Source of the DNA: Alphaproteobacteria bacterium | GTDB taxonomy: Bacteria; Pseudomonadota; Alphaproteobacteria; Bin95 | Direction: 5' to 3' | Length of the DNA: 64,000 nt | Assembly: GCA_964291285.2 (NCBI GenBank) | Contig: OZ219787.1 | Span: 1,472,001 to 1,536,000, forward strand | In this document: one piece after another, positions 29,474 through 38,912 of the stretch | Layout: each line of letters begins with the position of its first letter | How positions within the stretch are numbered: position 1 is the first letter of the stretch | Position numbers and translations under genes: made by a program | The notes under the pieces: model-generated | What the model was told of the DNA's origin: nothing | The model's database searches: none | Seen by the model: only the letters and a program-made list of their open reading frames with translations

Positions 29474-31169
29474 CCTAAATCCGGCAGTTGACGAGCTTGA
29501 TCGCTGTCTCGGGGTAGTGTGAACGGTCGGATTTGGGCGTGGATTTCAGCACGTGGTCGCGGCCCTGGGTGGCGGCAGCCAGGGTTGACGCCCCGGTTCG
29601 CGGCCATGGAGGTATTTCCTGAGCGCCTCGGCGAGGATGCGGCGCCAGCGATCCCCGGCGCTCAACTGCTCCGCAGTTTGCGTCAGCGACCGGAAGAAGC
29701 CGGCGATCCGGCGCAGCGCCGCCATCACCGTCTTGCGACGCCCGTGATGGGAGGTCACCGTCAGCCGGGTCTGGCCGGCGTGGTGGGTCTGGCGGGCAAC
29801 CCCGTGCAGGAGCAGCGGCCGGCTGGTGATCGCCTCGCGGTGATGGTCGGGGTCGGCGAGGCGCACGAACAGGCTCCACCAGTTGTAGATGAGCGCGATC
29901 AGCCGGGCCATGTGCCGGCAGCGCGTCAGGTCGCGCGTGGTGAAGCCGCCCCAACCCCACTGGTTCTTCAACTCGTCGAAGCCGTTCTCCGCGTCCGCCC
30001 GGTCGCGGTAGAGCTGGGCCAGCGAGCGTATCTCCAGGTCCAGCGAGGTCGCCAGCACCGCGAACTCCCACACCCCGGTGCCGGGCTGCGCCTCGGTCCA
30101 GAACAGCTCGCCCTGGGCCTTGTCGCCACGCGTCAGCGCCAGCGTCGCAGGAAGCCGCCGACGCAGCACCACAACCCGGCGCGTCCGGCTCCAGCCCTGC
30201 AGACGCAGATCGGCCCCGATCCCCGACCAGCCCTGGCCTGCATCCTCCCAGCCGTCCCGCACCATCAGCCGCTCGGCAAGCCGGCGCGCCCCCTTCGTCA
30301 GGCGCAGCTTGAACAAATAGTCCAGACCCGCAGCCTCGCACGACGCCATGTTGGCCTCGCTGCCCCAGTCCTTATCGCCCCGCACCAGACGCGGCCAGCG
30401 ATCCCGACCGAGACGGTCGAGCAACGCCCACAAGGACGGCGCCGCGCGCCTCGAATGGTGATGGTTGCCCGGCGCCACCTCGACATCCAGAACAAGCCGC
30501 GTGCCCGCCATCAGGAACGCATGGCAGGCATGCGAGGGGCGGCCCGGCTTCTTCGGGTTGTAGCTCACAACCGCCCCCTCCTGACGACCGTAAAGCGCCT
30601 TGATCGTCGTGTCGCAGTCCAGAACCCACGGCTCCCTCAGCAGCGGACGGACCACCTCGTCCAGATGGCCCTGAAGCCACGATGTGCCGACATCCGCACC
30701 GATCCGCTCCAGACCGCGCCGCACCGAATCCTCGCTCGCAACCTTGTCCATACCCAGCAGCGCAGGGTTCACCCCGTCGCCGCGCAGCGACGTGATGTGC
30801 GCATAGCGAGACTGCCCCGCCAGAACCGACAGAAGAACCGTCCCCAGGACATCCCGCTTCGACGGCGCGTTCGGGCTCGTGTAGTGCAGCGGGCAGTCCG
30901 CAACCAAAGCGTCAAAGCGACCGCTTACCTTCAGGTATTCCGAGAAAAACGCCAGATGCCCCAGCGGCGTCACCGCCGCATCAGGGTCCCATTCCACATG
31001 AACCGCGCCGCCGAAGGTGTCCACCTTCACCGACGCTCGGGCGACATCCCGCACAGCGCCAGGATAATCACCCAAAGGGTGAGCCTCTTCGGCCCCTGAA
31101 AAGCCGCTCATACCCGCAGACTACAAGGGATTCGGCAAGGCCAAGCCATCCTCAACTGCCGGATTTAGG
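29474..31169 (-). mobile_element. IS1380-family insertion sequence
   Basis: Perfect 18 bp IR CCTAAATCCGGCAGTTGA; 5 bp TSD ATGAA (29469-29473 and 31170-31174). Confidence 0.9.
29546..31111 (-). CDS. IS1380-family DDE transposase
   Basis: LDCDTT..YGRQEGA..YNP, VRGD and YRDRADAENGFDELKNQWG. Confidence 0.9.
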   Translation of the reverse strand: MSGFSGAEEAHPLGDYPGAVRDVARASVKVDTFGGAVHVEWDPDAAVTPLGHLAFFSEYLKVSGRFDALVADCPLHYTSPNAPSKRDVLGTVLLSVLAGQSRYAHITSLRGDGVNPALLGMDKVASEDSVRRGLERIGADVGTSWLQGHLDEVVRPLLREPWVLDCDTTIKALYGRQEGAVVSYNPKKPGRPSHACHAFLMAGTRLVLDVEVAPGNHHHSRRAAPSLWALLDRLGRDRWPRLVRGDKDWGSEANMASCEAAGLDYLFKLRLTKGARRLAERLMVRDGWEDAGQGWSGIGADLRLQGWSRTRRVVVLRRRLPATLALTRGDKAQGELFWTEAQPGTGVWEFAVLATSLDLEIRSLAQLYRDRADAENGFDELKNQWGWGGFTTRDLTRCRHMARLIALIYNWWSLFVRLADPDHHREAITSRPLLLHGVARQTHHAGQTRLTVTSHHGRRKTVMAALRRIAGFFRSLTQTAEQLSAGDRWRRILAEALRKYLHGREPGRQPWLPPPRAATTC

Positions 31170-33294
31170 ATGAAGTGTCCGAGCCTGATCCGCGCCATCG
31201 AGGCCGACCTCGAAGCCGGGCGCTCGGCCGTGGTCCAGCTGGTCTCGACCGGCGAGGCGCTCATGGAGCGGCGCATCGCCGAGGTCCCTGCATCCGAGTG
31301 GGACGACCTCAATATCGACCTCACGCCCCGGGACGCCATCCTGTCCTGCCTGATGCACGCCTTCCCGGTGCAGTTGCAGGAGCCCTTCACCGACGACGGC
31401 GGCAAGCTGCTCAGCCGCCCCGCCAGGGACGCCGACGGCAACACGATCGTCTGCAAGGAGGCCGAGGAGCGGCGCGACGCCCTGATCGAAAAGCTCGCCG
31501 CGCTCCCGCCGGTGCCGACGGCGCTGGACCGGCTGGTGCAGCATTTCGGGCACGAGGCCGTCGCCGAGGTCACCGGCCGGTCGCGGCGGGTGCTGCGCAT
31601 TGTGGACGCAAGGGGCGAACGCCTCGCGCTGCGCTCGCGGCCCGCCTCCGCCAACCTCGCCGAGACCGCCGCGTTCATGGACGGGAGCAAGCGCATCCTG
31701 GTGTTCTCCATGGCCGGCGGCACCGGGCGCAGCTACCATGCCGACCTCGCTTGCGGGAACACGCAGCGGCGCATCCACTACCTGCTGGAGCCCGGCTGGC
31801 GGGCCGACCAGGCGATCCAGGGGCTCGGACGCACCCACAGGACGCACCAGGCCAGCGCGCCGCTGTTCCGGCCCGTCACCACGGACGTGAAGGGCGAGCG
31901 CCGCTTCATCGCCACCATCGCCCGGCGGCTCGACAGCCTGGGCGCCATCACCCGCGGCCAGCGCGACAGCCAGACCGCCATGGGCGACGCCGCGCTGTTC
32001 CGCGAGAGCGACAACCTCGAGAGCGCCTACGCGAAGGCGGCGCTCAGGCAGTTCTACGGCGCGCTCTGGCGCGGCGCCATCGAGGGCTGGAACGCGGAAC
32101 GGTTCGAGCAGGCCACCGGGCTCAAGCTTACCTGGGAGGGCAGTCTCAAGGACGACCTGCCGCCGATGCCGAAGTTCCTCAACCGGCTGCTGGCGCTCCC
32201 CATCGCCGAGCAGAACCGGCTCTTCGCCGAACTGGAGGAACGCATCGCCGCCAATATCGAGCAGGCGATCGAGGCCGGCAGCTACGAGCGGGGGGTCGAG
32301 ACCGTCACCGCCGACTCGCTCACCGTCGCCGGCAGGGAGACGCTCCATGAGCATCCCGGCGCCGGGGCGGCCACCGAACTGGTCGGGATCGTCCGCCGCG
32401 ACAGGCTCATGCCGCTCACGGCCGATGCCGCGCTGGAGATCGGAAGCCGCGACCCGGGACCGGACGGGAAGCCCCGCCTCGTGGTCAACGCGCGCTCCAG
32501 GCGCGCCGCCGTCCTGCTGCCCGCCCCGTCGCGCATGCTCGACGACGGCGGGGTGCAGGAACGCGTGCAGCTGCTCCGCCCCGCCACACGGGACCGGATG
32601 GCCCGGGCCGAGTTCGCCGCTTCCAGCTGGGGGCAGGCCGACGAAGCCCGCTGGCGCATGCTCTGGGACGCCGAGACCGCCGGCCTGCCGTCCCACCGCG
32701 AGTCCCGCTTCTGGCTCGCCACCGGCCTGCTGCTGCCCGTCTGGGACCGCCTCCCGGCCGAGAACATGCGCGTCCGCCGGCTCACCCCGGACGACGGCAT
32801 GGCCCTCATCGGGCGCGTGCTCGACGCCGGGCAGGTCCGCGCCGTGCGCGCCGGGTTCGGCCTTGACGGCGGACCCGCCATGACCGGCGCGGAGGCCTTC
32901 GCGGCGGTGATGGATCGCGGCAACCCGCTCGCGCTCGCCAATGGCTGGCGGCTCGCCCGCCGCCGTCTCATGGGCGCCGACCGGGTCGAGGTCGAGGGGC
33001 CGGCCGATACCGACCTGCCGGCGCTCCGGCGCATGGGCTGCGCGATCGAGATCGTCTCGTTCCGCGCCCGGATATTCGCGCCTCATGCCGGCGCGCTCGA
33101 ACGCATCCTCGAACGCTGGCCGCTCGCCGCCTGAGCCGCCTTGCGCTATCCGTATCGCCGGCCCCGCCGCCGCCGTCTCGCGCGGGGGGCCGGTACCGTC
33201 TGCGAACCCACACAATGACAGGCTCGCGCCGCCGCCCGCCGGGATCCATGATGGCCGACGGCCGCCGACCCGCCCCGACAAGGAGACCGACCCC

Positions 33295-33564
33295 ATGACC
33301 GCGCAGACCCTGCCGGACTGCCCGAACTTCTGCTTCGCGCCCGCCTGGGACGTCGAAGTCGATGCCCAGCAGATCAGGATCGTCATCGAAGGCCTGGCCG
33401 GCCATGTCCCCACCGCGCTCATCGCCCTCGACCTCGACGATGCTCTCGGCCTGTGCGACAGGTTGAACCGTCGGCTTGGCTTGGACCGCAAGGCCTGGAC
33501 CGCCATGGTTGCCGCCTCCATGCGCGCCGGGGACGGCGATCCCGACAGCGAGCCGTGGCACTGA
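33295..33564 (+). CDS. Small hypothetical protein
   Basis: AAGGAG RBS, 89 aa, co-oriented with the backbone. Confidence 0.6.
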   Translation: MTAQTLPDCPNFCFAPAWDVEVDAQQIRIVIEGLAGHVPTALIALDLDDALGLCDRLNRRLGLDRKAWTAMVAASMRAGDGDPDSEPWH

Positions 33565-33878
33565 GGCTGAACCGCCCTCTGATCGTTCCTTTCGCCATGT
33601 CGCCTCCCTTCCGGCGCGACGGAACAGGCGGCCCGACCGTGTTCGTCTTCCTGCTGCGCCGCCGGCCCGTCGCCGTCCGGCGACCCATGGGGGCTCGCAC
33701 ATGGCGGCCATGCTCCGCTGCCGGTCCGCCGCCCTGTGTCGTCACCCGCGCCGTGCGAGCCAGGCGATCCGGATCGGCGGGACGGGCAGCACCGCCGCTG
33801 CCGCCACCGGCCCGGGCAGGCCCGCGAACAGCGTCGCCGGGGCCGTCGCGGGGCCCGGACCGATCCCGGTCGCCCAGG

Positions 33879-33913
33879 TGTAGGTGACGGTCAGGAACTG
33901 CATTTATTTGCTG
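33879..33913 (+). repeat. Orphan IS21-like left end
   Basis: TGTAGGTGACGGTC-N11-TTATTTGCTG: same motifs and spacing as the IS21 end at 41540. Confidence 0.7.
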
Positions 33914-34238
33914 AAGTCGGCAGCCGAGCGCCCCGGATCGGTGTTCCGGCCAGGCAGCAGCAGACCGCGGGGCGCGAGGAACGCGAGCGATGCCGCGGCC
34001 GTCAGCAGCTCCCCCGGACCCGCAAACGCACCGGCGGCCTCCGGCCCGCAAGGAAGCGCCAGCGGCCCGGAGGCCGCGCCATCGATCCCCGCCCGTTCAT
34101 GCGCACCGATGCCCCGGGCAGCGCGGCAATGCAGGCGAGGCCGACCCGTTCGCGCCGCAGAGGTGGAGAGGAGCGCGCGGGGGAGCGAAGCCGTTGACCG
34201 GGAGGGAGTCGCGGCGGACGCAACCGGGGAGATCGGAC

Positions 34239-34775
34239 ATGGCGACATTGCGATATGCGGGGATCGGGGCGCGGGCGACACCGACGGCCGTGCTGGCGGA
34301 TATGGGCGTCATCGCGGGATGGCTGGCCCGGACCGGCTGGCATCTGTCTTCCGGCGGGGCGGACGGGGCCGATGCTGCGTTTGCGGCGGGAGCGTCAGCA
34401 GAGCAGCGGACGATCTGGCTGCCGTGGCGGGGCTATAACGGGCATCGCGGCGCCGACTGCCGGACCCTGTCTCCGGCGGCGATGGCGGCAAGCCTGGAGA
34501 TCGCGGCGCCCCTGCATCCGGCCTGGGAGCGCTGTTCGCCGGCCGTGCGCAAGCTGCATGCCCGGAACGCGGCGGTGGTGCTCGGCGGGACCCTGGAGCG
34601 CCCGGTCGATGCGGTCGTGTGCTGGAGCGAACGCGGCGCGTCAACCGGCGGCACGGGCATGGCCATCCGCATCGCCCGGACCCGCGGCATCCCGGTGCTG
34701 AACCTGGGGTCGATGCCGCCGCGCGCCGTCTGCGAGCGCCTGGCCGCGATCCGCCGCGCCGTCCTCCCGTCGTAG
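34239..34775 (+). CDS. SLOG-fold (DprA/Smf-like) protein
   Basis: YAGIGAR.TP, SGGADGADAAF, LHARN and GGTGMAIR. Confidence 0.8.
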   Translation: MATLRYAGIGARATPTAVLADMGVIAGWLARTGWHLSSGGADGADAAFAAGASAEQRTIWLPWRGYNGHRGADCRTLSPAAMAASLEIAAPLHPAWERCSPAVRKLHARNAAVVLGGTLERPVDAVVCWSERGASTGGTGMAIRIARTRGIPVLNLGSMPPRAVCERLAAIRRAVLPS

Positions 34776-34896
34776 AGAGGAGTGAAGCGCCTGCCGGGCG
34801 AGTGTCCGGCAGGGCGGAGGAGAGGACTCCCCGCCGATGCCGGATCGGTGTCCGGCACAGGTTGCCGGGCAGGGCAACGGCAGAGGAGTTCCCGCC

Positions 34897-35160
34897 ATGT
34901 TTCATCCCGATACATCCCTCGACCTTCCGCTCGGCTGCGACCTGCTCGCCGAACTCGGCGTCGACCGCCGCACCGTCCGCGAAATCGCCGAGGACGAGCG
35001 CGCCATCCGCTGTCCCGACCGGGGCGCGGCCTGTCCGGTGCACGGCTTCGCGAGCCTCTTCCCGGAACCGGCGTTCGGGATGTCCCTCCAGAACGCGGCG
35101 GAGCCCCTGGACCCGTGGTCGTCGTTCCCCCCCGGCGGCATGGAGGGGAGGAGGGCCTGA
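34897..35160 (+). CDS. Small hypothetical protein
   Basis: GAGGAG RBS, 87 aa, C-x6-C-x2-H cluster. Confidence 0.5.
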   Translation: MFHPDTSLDLPLGCDLLAELGVDRRTVREIAEDERAIRCPDRGAACPVHGFASLFPEPAFGMSLQNAAEPLDPWSSFPPGGMEGRRA

Positions 35161-35252
35161 AGAGATTGAACGGTCGGGGGGTCGGGGGAGTGACCCCGGC
35201 CCCGGTCGTTCGCAACCCATCGTCATGAACGCGAACCTGAAGGAGTATCGCA

Positions 35253-35696
35253 ATGAGCTTCGGACTGAACAAGGTGCAGATCATCGGCCGCCTCGGCGCG
35301 GACGTCACCGTCAACCACCTCGCCTCGGGCGGGCGCGTCGCCAACCTGAGCATCGCGACCGACGAGTCGTTCATCAACAAGCAGACCGGCGAGAAGGTCG
35401 ACAGGACCGAGTGGCACCGGGTCGTGACCTTCCAGGACGGGCTGATCGACATGCTCGGGAAGCACGCCACGAAGGGCCGGCTGGTCTACATCGACGGCAA
35501 GCTCCAGACCCGGCGCTGGTCGAAGCCGGGCGAGGACGGCGACCGCTTCTCGACCGAGATCCTGCTGGTCCCCGGCGGGCGCGTCCAGTTCCTCGACAAG
35601 GCGAACGGCAACGCCGCGCAGCCCGGCCCGGACGCGGCGGACGGCTCCGCGCCGGCCGGCGGCGACCCGATGGACGGGGACGAGATCCCGTTCTAG
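35253..35696 (+). CDS. ssb: Single-stranded DNA-binding protein
   Basis: LNKVQIIGRLG, TEWHRVV, KGRLVYIDGKLQTRRW and acidic DEIPF tail. Confidence 0.95.
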   Translation: MSFGLNKVQIIGRLGADVTVNHLASGGRVANLSIATDESFINKQTGEKVDRTEWHRVVTFQDGLIDMLGKHATKGRLVYIDGKLQTRRWSKPGEDGDRFSTEILLVPGGRVQFLDKANGNAAQPGPDAADGSAPAGGDPMDGDEIPF

Positions 35697-35720
35697 AGCT
35701 TCCCGTTCTTCCTTCCCCAC

Positions 35721-35752
35721 AGGCCGGCGCCTCGCGCGCCGGCCTTTTTTTT
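35721..35752 (+). terminator. Rho-independent terminator
   Basis: AGGCCGGCGC-CTCG-GCGCCGGCCT-like stem followed by a T8 run, just after ssb. Confidence 0.85.
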
Positions 35753-35884
35753 GCAGCCGAACCGGAGGCGGTCCGTCCGGGCGCCGCGCCCGCGCCTGGC
35801 GCGGGCCGCTCGCCTTCCGGCGCCGTCCGGAGGCGGAGGGCGGCCGGTATCGGGCGTCCCGCTCGACCTGGAAGGAAGTCCCGC

Positions 35885-37036
35885 ATGCAGCACCAACCGT
35901 CTCCCGCCGCCGCCATCGCCGCCGCGCTTGCCGCGCGCGCCGAGGCGGTCTGCCGACGCTATCTGCCCCATGGCCGCCGGCAGGGCCGCTACTGGATCTG
36001 CGGCGACCTCGACGGCGCCCGCGGACGCTCGCTCTTCGTCCGCCTGCGCGGACCCGGCACGCCGGGCAAGTGGACGGATGCGGCAACGGCGCAGCACGGC
36101 GACCTGCTCGACCTGATCCGCTACCGCTCGGGCGCGCCGACGCTGCGCGCGGCGCTCGACGAGGCGTGCGCCTTCCTCGCCCTGGAGCCTGCCCCGGACA
36201 GTGCCCGGACCTGTTCCGGGTATCCGGGAACCCCGGACGCACCCTGGGACGCGACAGAGGCTGCCCGCCGCCTGTGGCGGCGCTGCCGCGCCATCGCCGA
36301 CACCCACGCCGAGCGCTACCTGCATGCCCGGGGTCTCGCGCGCTGCCGTTTCGCGGCGCTGCGCTATCACCCGGAGCTTCGCTACCGCGAAGGCTCCCTG
36401 GTGCGCCGCCTCCCGGCGCTGGTCGCCGCCGTCACCGGCGACGACCCCGGATACCCGGAACAGGTCCGGGCACTGTCCGGGGCAGGCGGCGCCATCCTCG
36501 GTGTGCAGCGCACCTGGCTCGATCCCCGCGCACCCGCCAAGGCGGACGTCGCCGCGCCGCGCAAGGCGCTCGGACGCATCCACGGCCTCGCGGTGCGCTT
36601 CGGCGCGCCTGCCGGCCACGCGCCGCTCGTCGTCGGCGAGGGCATCGAGACGGTGCTCTCGCTGGTCACCGCCGTGCCCGAGATCACGGCCGCCGCCGCG
36701 CTCTCCGCCGGGAGCCTCGGCGCGTTCGCGCCGCCGCCCGGCCTCGCGCGGCTGGTGATCGCGCAGGACAATGACGAGCACGGCGCGCTCGCGGCCGAAC
36801 GCCTCGCCCGGCGCTGCGCGCGGGCCGGCGTCGCCGCCACCGTCATCCTGCCCGCCGGCAACGATTTCAACGACGACCTCGTCGCGCTGGGCCCGGCAAC
36901 GCTCCGCGCCCGCTTCGCGCCGCTGTTCCGCACCGCCGCCTGCGCCTCCCCGGCCGGCGCGGGCTCCCGGTCCGGGGGAGGAAGAGGAGAGCGGAGGGCC
37001 GGGCAAGCCGACCCGAAGAGTGGAGGGAGTCCATGA
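35885..37036 (+). CDS. Toprim-domain primase-like protein of ICE backbones
   Basis: GRSLFVRL.G...GKWTDAAT..HGDLLDLI, VQRTWL, VGEGIET.LS, QDND and DFNDDL; carries two 14 aa inserts. Confidence 0.88.
   Translation: MQHQPSPAAAIAAALAARAEAVCRRYLPHGRRQGRYWICGDLDGARGRSLFVRLRGPGTPGKWTDAATAQHGDLLDLIRYRSGAPTLRAALDEACAFLALEPAPDSARTCSGYPGTPDAPWDATEAARRLWRRCRAIADTHAERYLHARGLARCRFAALRYHPELRYREGSLVRRLPALVAAVTGDDPGYPEQVRALSGAGGAILGVQRTWLDPRAPAKADVAAPRKALGRIHGLAVRFGAPAGHAPLVVGEGIETVLSLVTAVPEITAAAALSAGSLGAFAPPPGLARLVIAQDNDEHGALAAERLARRCARAGVAATVILPAGNDFNDDLVALGPATLRARFAPLFRTAACASPAGAGSRSGGGRGERRAGQADPKSGGSP
36187..36228 (+). repeat. 42 bp nested palindromic element, copy A (in frame)
   Basis: GCCTGCCCCGGACAGTGCCCGGACCTGTTCCGGGTATCCGGG. 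Confidence 0.85.
36446..36487 (-). repeat. 42 bp nested palindromic element, copy B (exact reverse complement of A, in frame)
   Basis: CCCGGATACCCGGAACAGGTCCGGGCACTGTCCGGGGCAGGC; adds PGYPEQVRALSGAG. Confidence 0.85.
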
Positions 37037-37389
37037 GAGCCGTCGTCAACCTGAATACCGAGCCGCGGCTGCGCGAGGCGTTCGAATACGCGCATGTCTT
37101 CAACAACACCGTGCTGATCGACCGCCGCACCCGGTGGGGCAATCCGTTCCGAATCGCCCCCGGCCAGGACCGCGCGCAGGCGATCGCCCGCTACCGCGCC
37201 GACCTCTGGCGCCGCATCCGCGCGGGCGAGGTCCCGCTGGAGGAGCTGGCCGAACTCAATGGCTGCTGGCTCGCCTGCTGGTGCGAGCCGCTGCCCTGCC
37301 ACGGCGATGTCCTCGCCCGGGCCGCAGAATGGGCATCCGGGCAGCTGGCGCAGCGCAACACCGGCCGGACGGAAGGAGGCGCGTCATGA
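37033..37389 (+). CDS. DUF4326 family protein
   Basis: IDRRTRWGNPF and LACWCEPLPCHGDVL. Confidence 0.85.
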   Translation: MRAVVNLNTEPRLREAFEYAHVFNNTVLIDRRTRWGNPFRIAPGQDRAQAIARYRADLWRRIRAGEVPLEELAELNGCWLACWCEPLPCHGDVLARAAEWASGQLAQRNTGRTEGGAS

Positions 37390-37613
37390 GCACCATCTCC
37401 TTCCGCCGCATCGCCCCCGACGAATCCCGCATCTACCGGGACGGCGACCATGTCGGCGACATCCACGCCTTCGACGACAGCACCCGGCCGGGGCACAGGG
37501 TGTTCGCCATACACCTCGACGAAGACCCGCGCGGCCCCGTCTATCTCCACGACCGCGCCCGCATCCGCGAGACCGCCCGGCAGCGGGTCGACTCCCATCC
37601 CCTGTGGGGTTGA
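37386..37613 (+). CDS. Small hypothetical protein
   Basis: ATGA-coupled to DUF4326; GGAGG RBS; 75 aa. Confidence 0.6.
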   Translation: MSTISFRRIAPDESRIYRDGDHVGDIHAFDDSTRPGHRVFAIHLDEDPRGPVYLHDRARIRETARQRVDSHPLWG

Positions 37614-37813
37614 CGCAAGGGCGGGCAACGGCGCCTCCCGCTCCGGCGCCGTGCCGGCCGAACCGACGATGGGGTCCGTGCAGGGCGAGAGAAATACACC
37701 ACCCCGCTGTGATCTCCAATCGTGTCACACGTGCTCGCGACAGCAACCCCTGCGGGGTCCTCCGGTCGCTCCGCTCCCTGCGGCCCGGCCAAGAAGCTCC
37801 AGGGGCGGACCGT

Positions 37814-37870
37814 GAAAGTCGACGACCGTGAAGATCGCAGGGCGATCTTCCGCACCACTCGCCGACTTTC
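37814..37870. other. Compound intergenic stem-loop
   Basis: Outer GAAAGTCG/CGACTTTC and inner GAAGATCGC-AGG-GCGATCTTC inverted repeats. Confidence 0.7.
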
Positions 37871-37985
37871 CGCACCACTCCGCCCAGGAGCTTCTACGCC
37901 CGGGTGCTTCTGCTGCGCGCGCGTGCCCCGACAGGACATCACAACGGGGATCGGCCCCGAACGTGAAAACCGAAAGGAAAACGAC

Positions 37986-38912
37986 ATGACCTTCGATATC
38001 GAGACCACCGAAACCGCCGCGCAGTCCGCAACCGCGATCGTCTGCGACAACGCCGCTCTCTTCGGCGCAACCCCCGAGCGCGACGAGTTCGACACCCGGG
38101 AGATCTGGGACCAGGACGAGGCCATCACCGCCGTCAACGAAGCCTTCCGCATCCTCAGCCAGGGCGTCGCGCCCGACGGATACCAGATGGCAGACGAACG
38201 CGAGAGCCTGCTCTGGGGCTTCGTCAACATGCTCCACGCCCAGACACAGCGCCTCGACCGCAGCGTCGACAAGCTCACCCCCGAACTCCAGGACCTCCAG
38301 CGCACACAGGACGGCTCCGAGATCAGGTCCCTCGAACTGGAACTCGTGACCGACCGCGCACAGTGCCTCACCGCACGCCGCGACGCCTTCGAGACCCTGC
38401 GCAACGAGGCCGCCGAAGCCTACCGCGCAGACACCGGCGACACTTGGCGGCCCCGGCGCGGCAGCCACGCCAGCCAGACCGGACATCTGACCTCCGCCGC
38501 CATCGACGCCCGCGACTTCGTCCGCGCCCGAAAGGACCGCAAGACACAGGCTCACCTGCCCCAGGGAACCCTCGTCGCCATCGCAGGCGGAAAGGACATC
38601 GCAAACCCGGCGGCGGTCATCGAGCGCCTCGACAAGGTCCGCGCCAGGTATGCCGACCTCGTCCTCGTCCATGGCGGCGGCCCCGGCGTCGAGAAGATCG
38701 CCGCAAGCTGGGCCGAGCGCAACGGCGTCCACCAGGTCGTCTGCAAGCCCGACTGGGACCGCCACGGTCGCGCCGCACCCTTCCGCCGCAACGACGAACT
38801 GCTCAACCTCCTGCCGAAGGGCGTCATCGCCTTCCCCGGCTCCGGCATCACCGAGAACCTCGTCGACAAGGCGAAGCAGCTCGGCATCCCGGTGATGAAG
38901 GTAGCAGCCTGA
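37986..38912 (+). CDS. DUF2493 / YspA SLOG-domain ICE backbone protein
   Basis: VLVHGG..GVE.IAASWA, PDW.RHGRAAPFRRND.LL and FPGSGI..NL.DKA. Confidence 0.88.
   Translation: MTFDIETTETAAQSATAIVCDNAALFGATPERDEFDTREIWDQDEAITAVNEAFRILSQGVAPDGYQMADERESLLWGFVNMLHAQTQRLDRSVDKLTPELQDLQRTQDGSEIRSLELELVTDRAQCLTARRDAFETLRNEAAEAYRADTGDTWRPRRGSHASQTGHLTSAAIDARDFVRARKDRKTQAHLPQGTLVAIAGGKDIANPAAVIERLDKVRARYADLVLVHGGGPGVEKIAASWAERNGVHQVVCKPDWDRHGRAAPFRRNDELLNLLPKGVIAFPGSGITENLVDKAKQLGIPVMKVAA

Larger units (their letters stand above)
26880..33134 (+). pseudogene. N6-methyltransferase + Strawberry-notch SF2 helicase, split by IS1380
   Basis: LEPSAGTG and MNPPF (MTase); GDGTGCGKGR, FDEAH and SATGA; removing the IS and one TSD rejoins LLTGMK-CPSLIRAI; C-half has AGGTGRSYHAD and QGLGRTHR. 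Confidence 0.92.
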
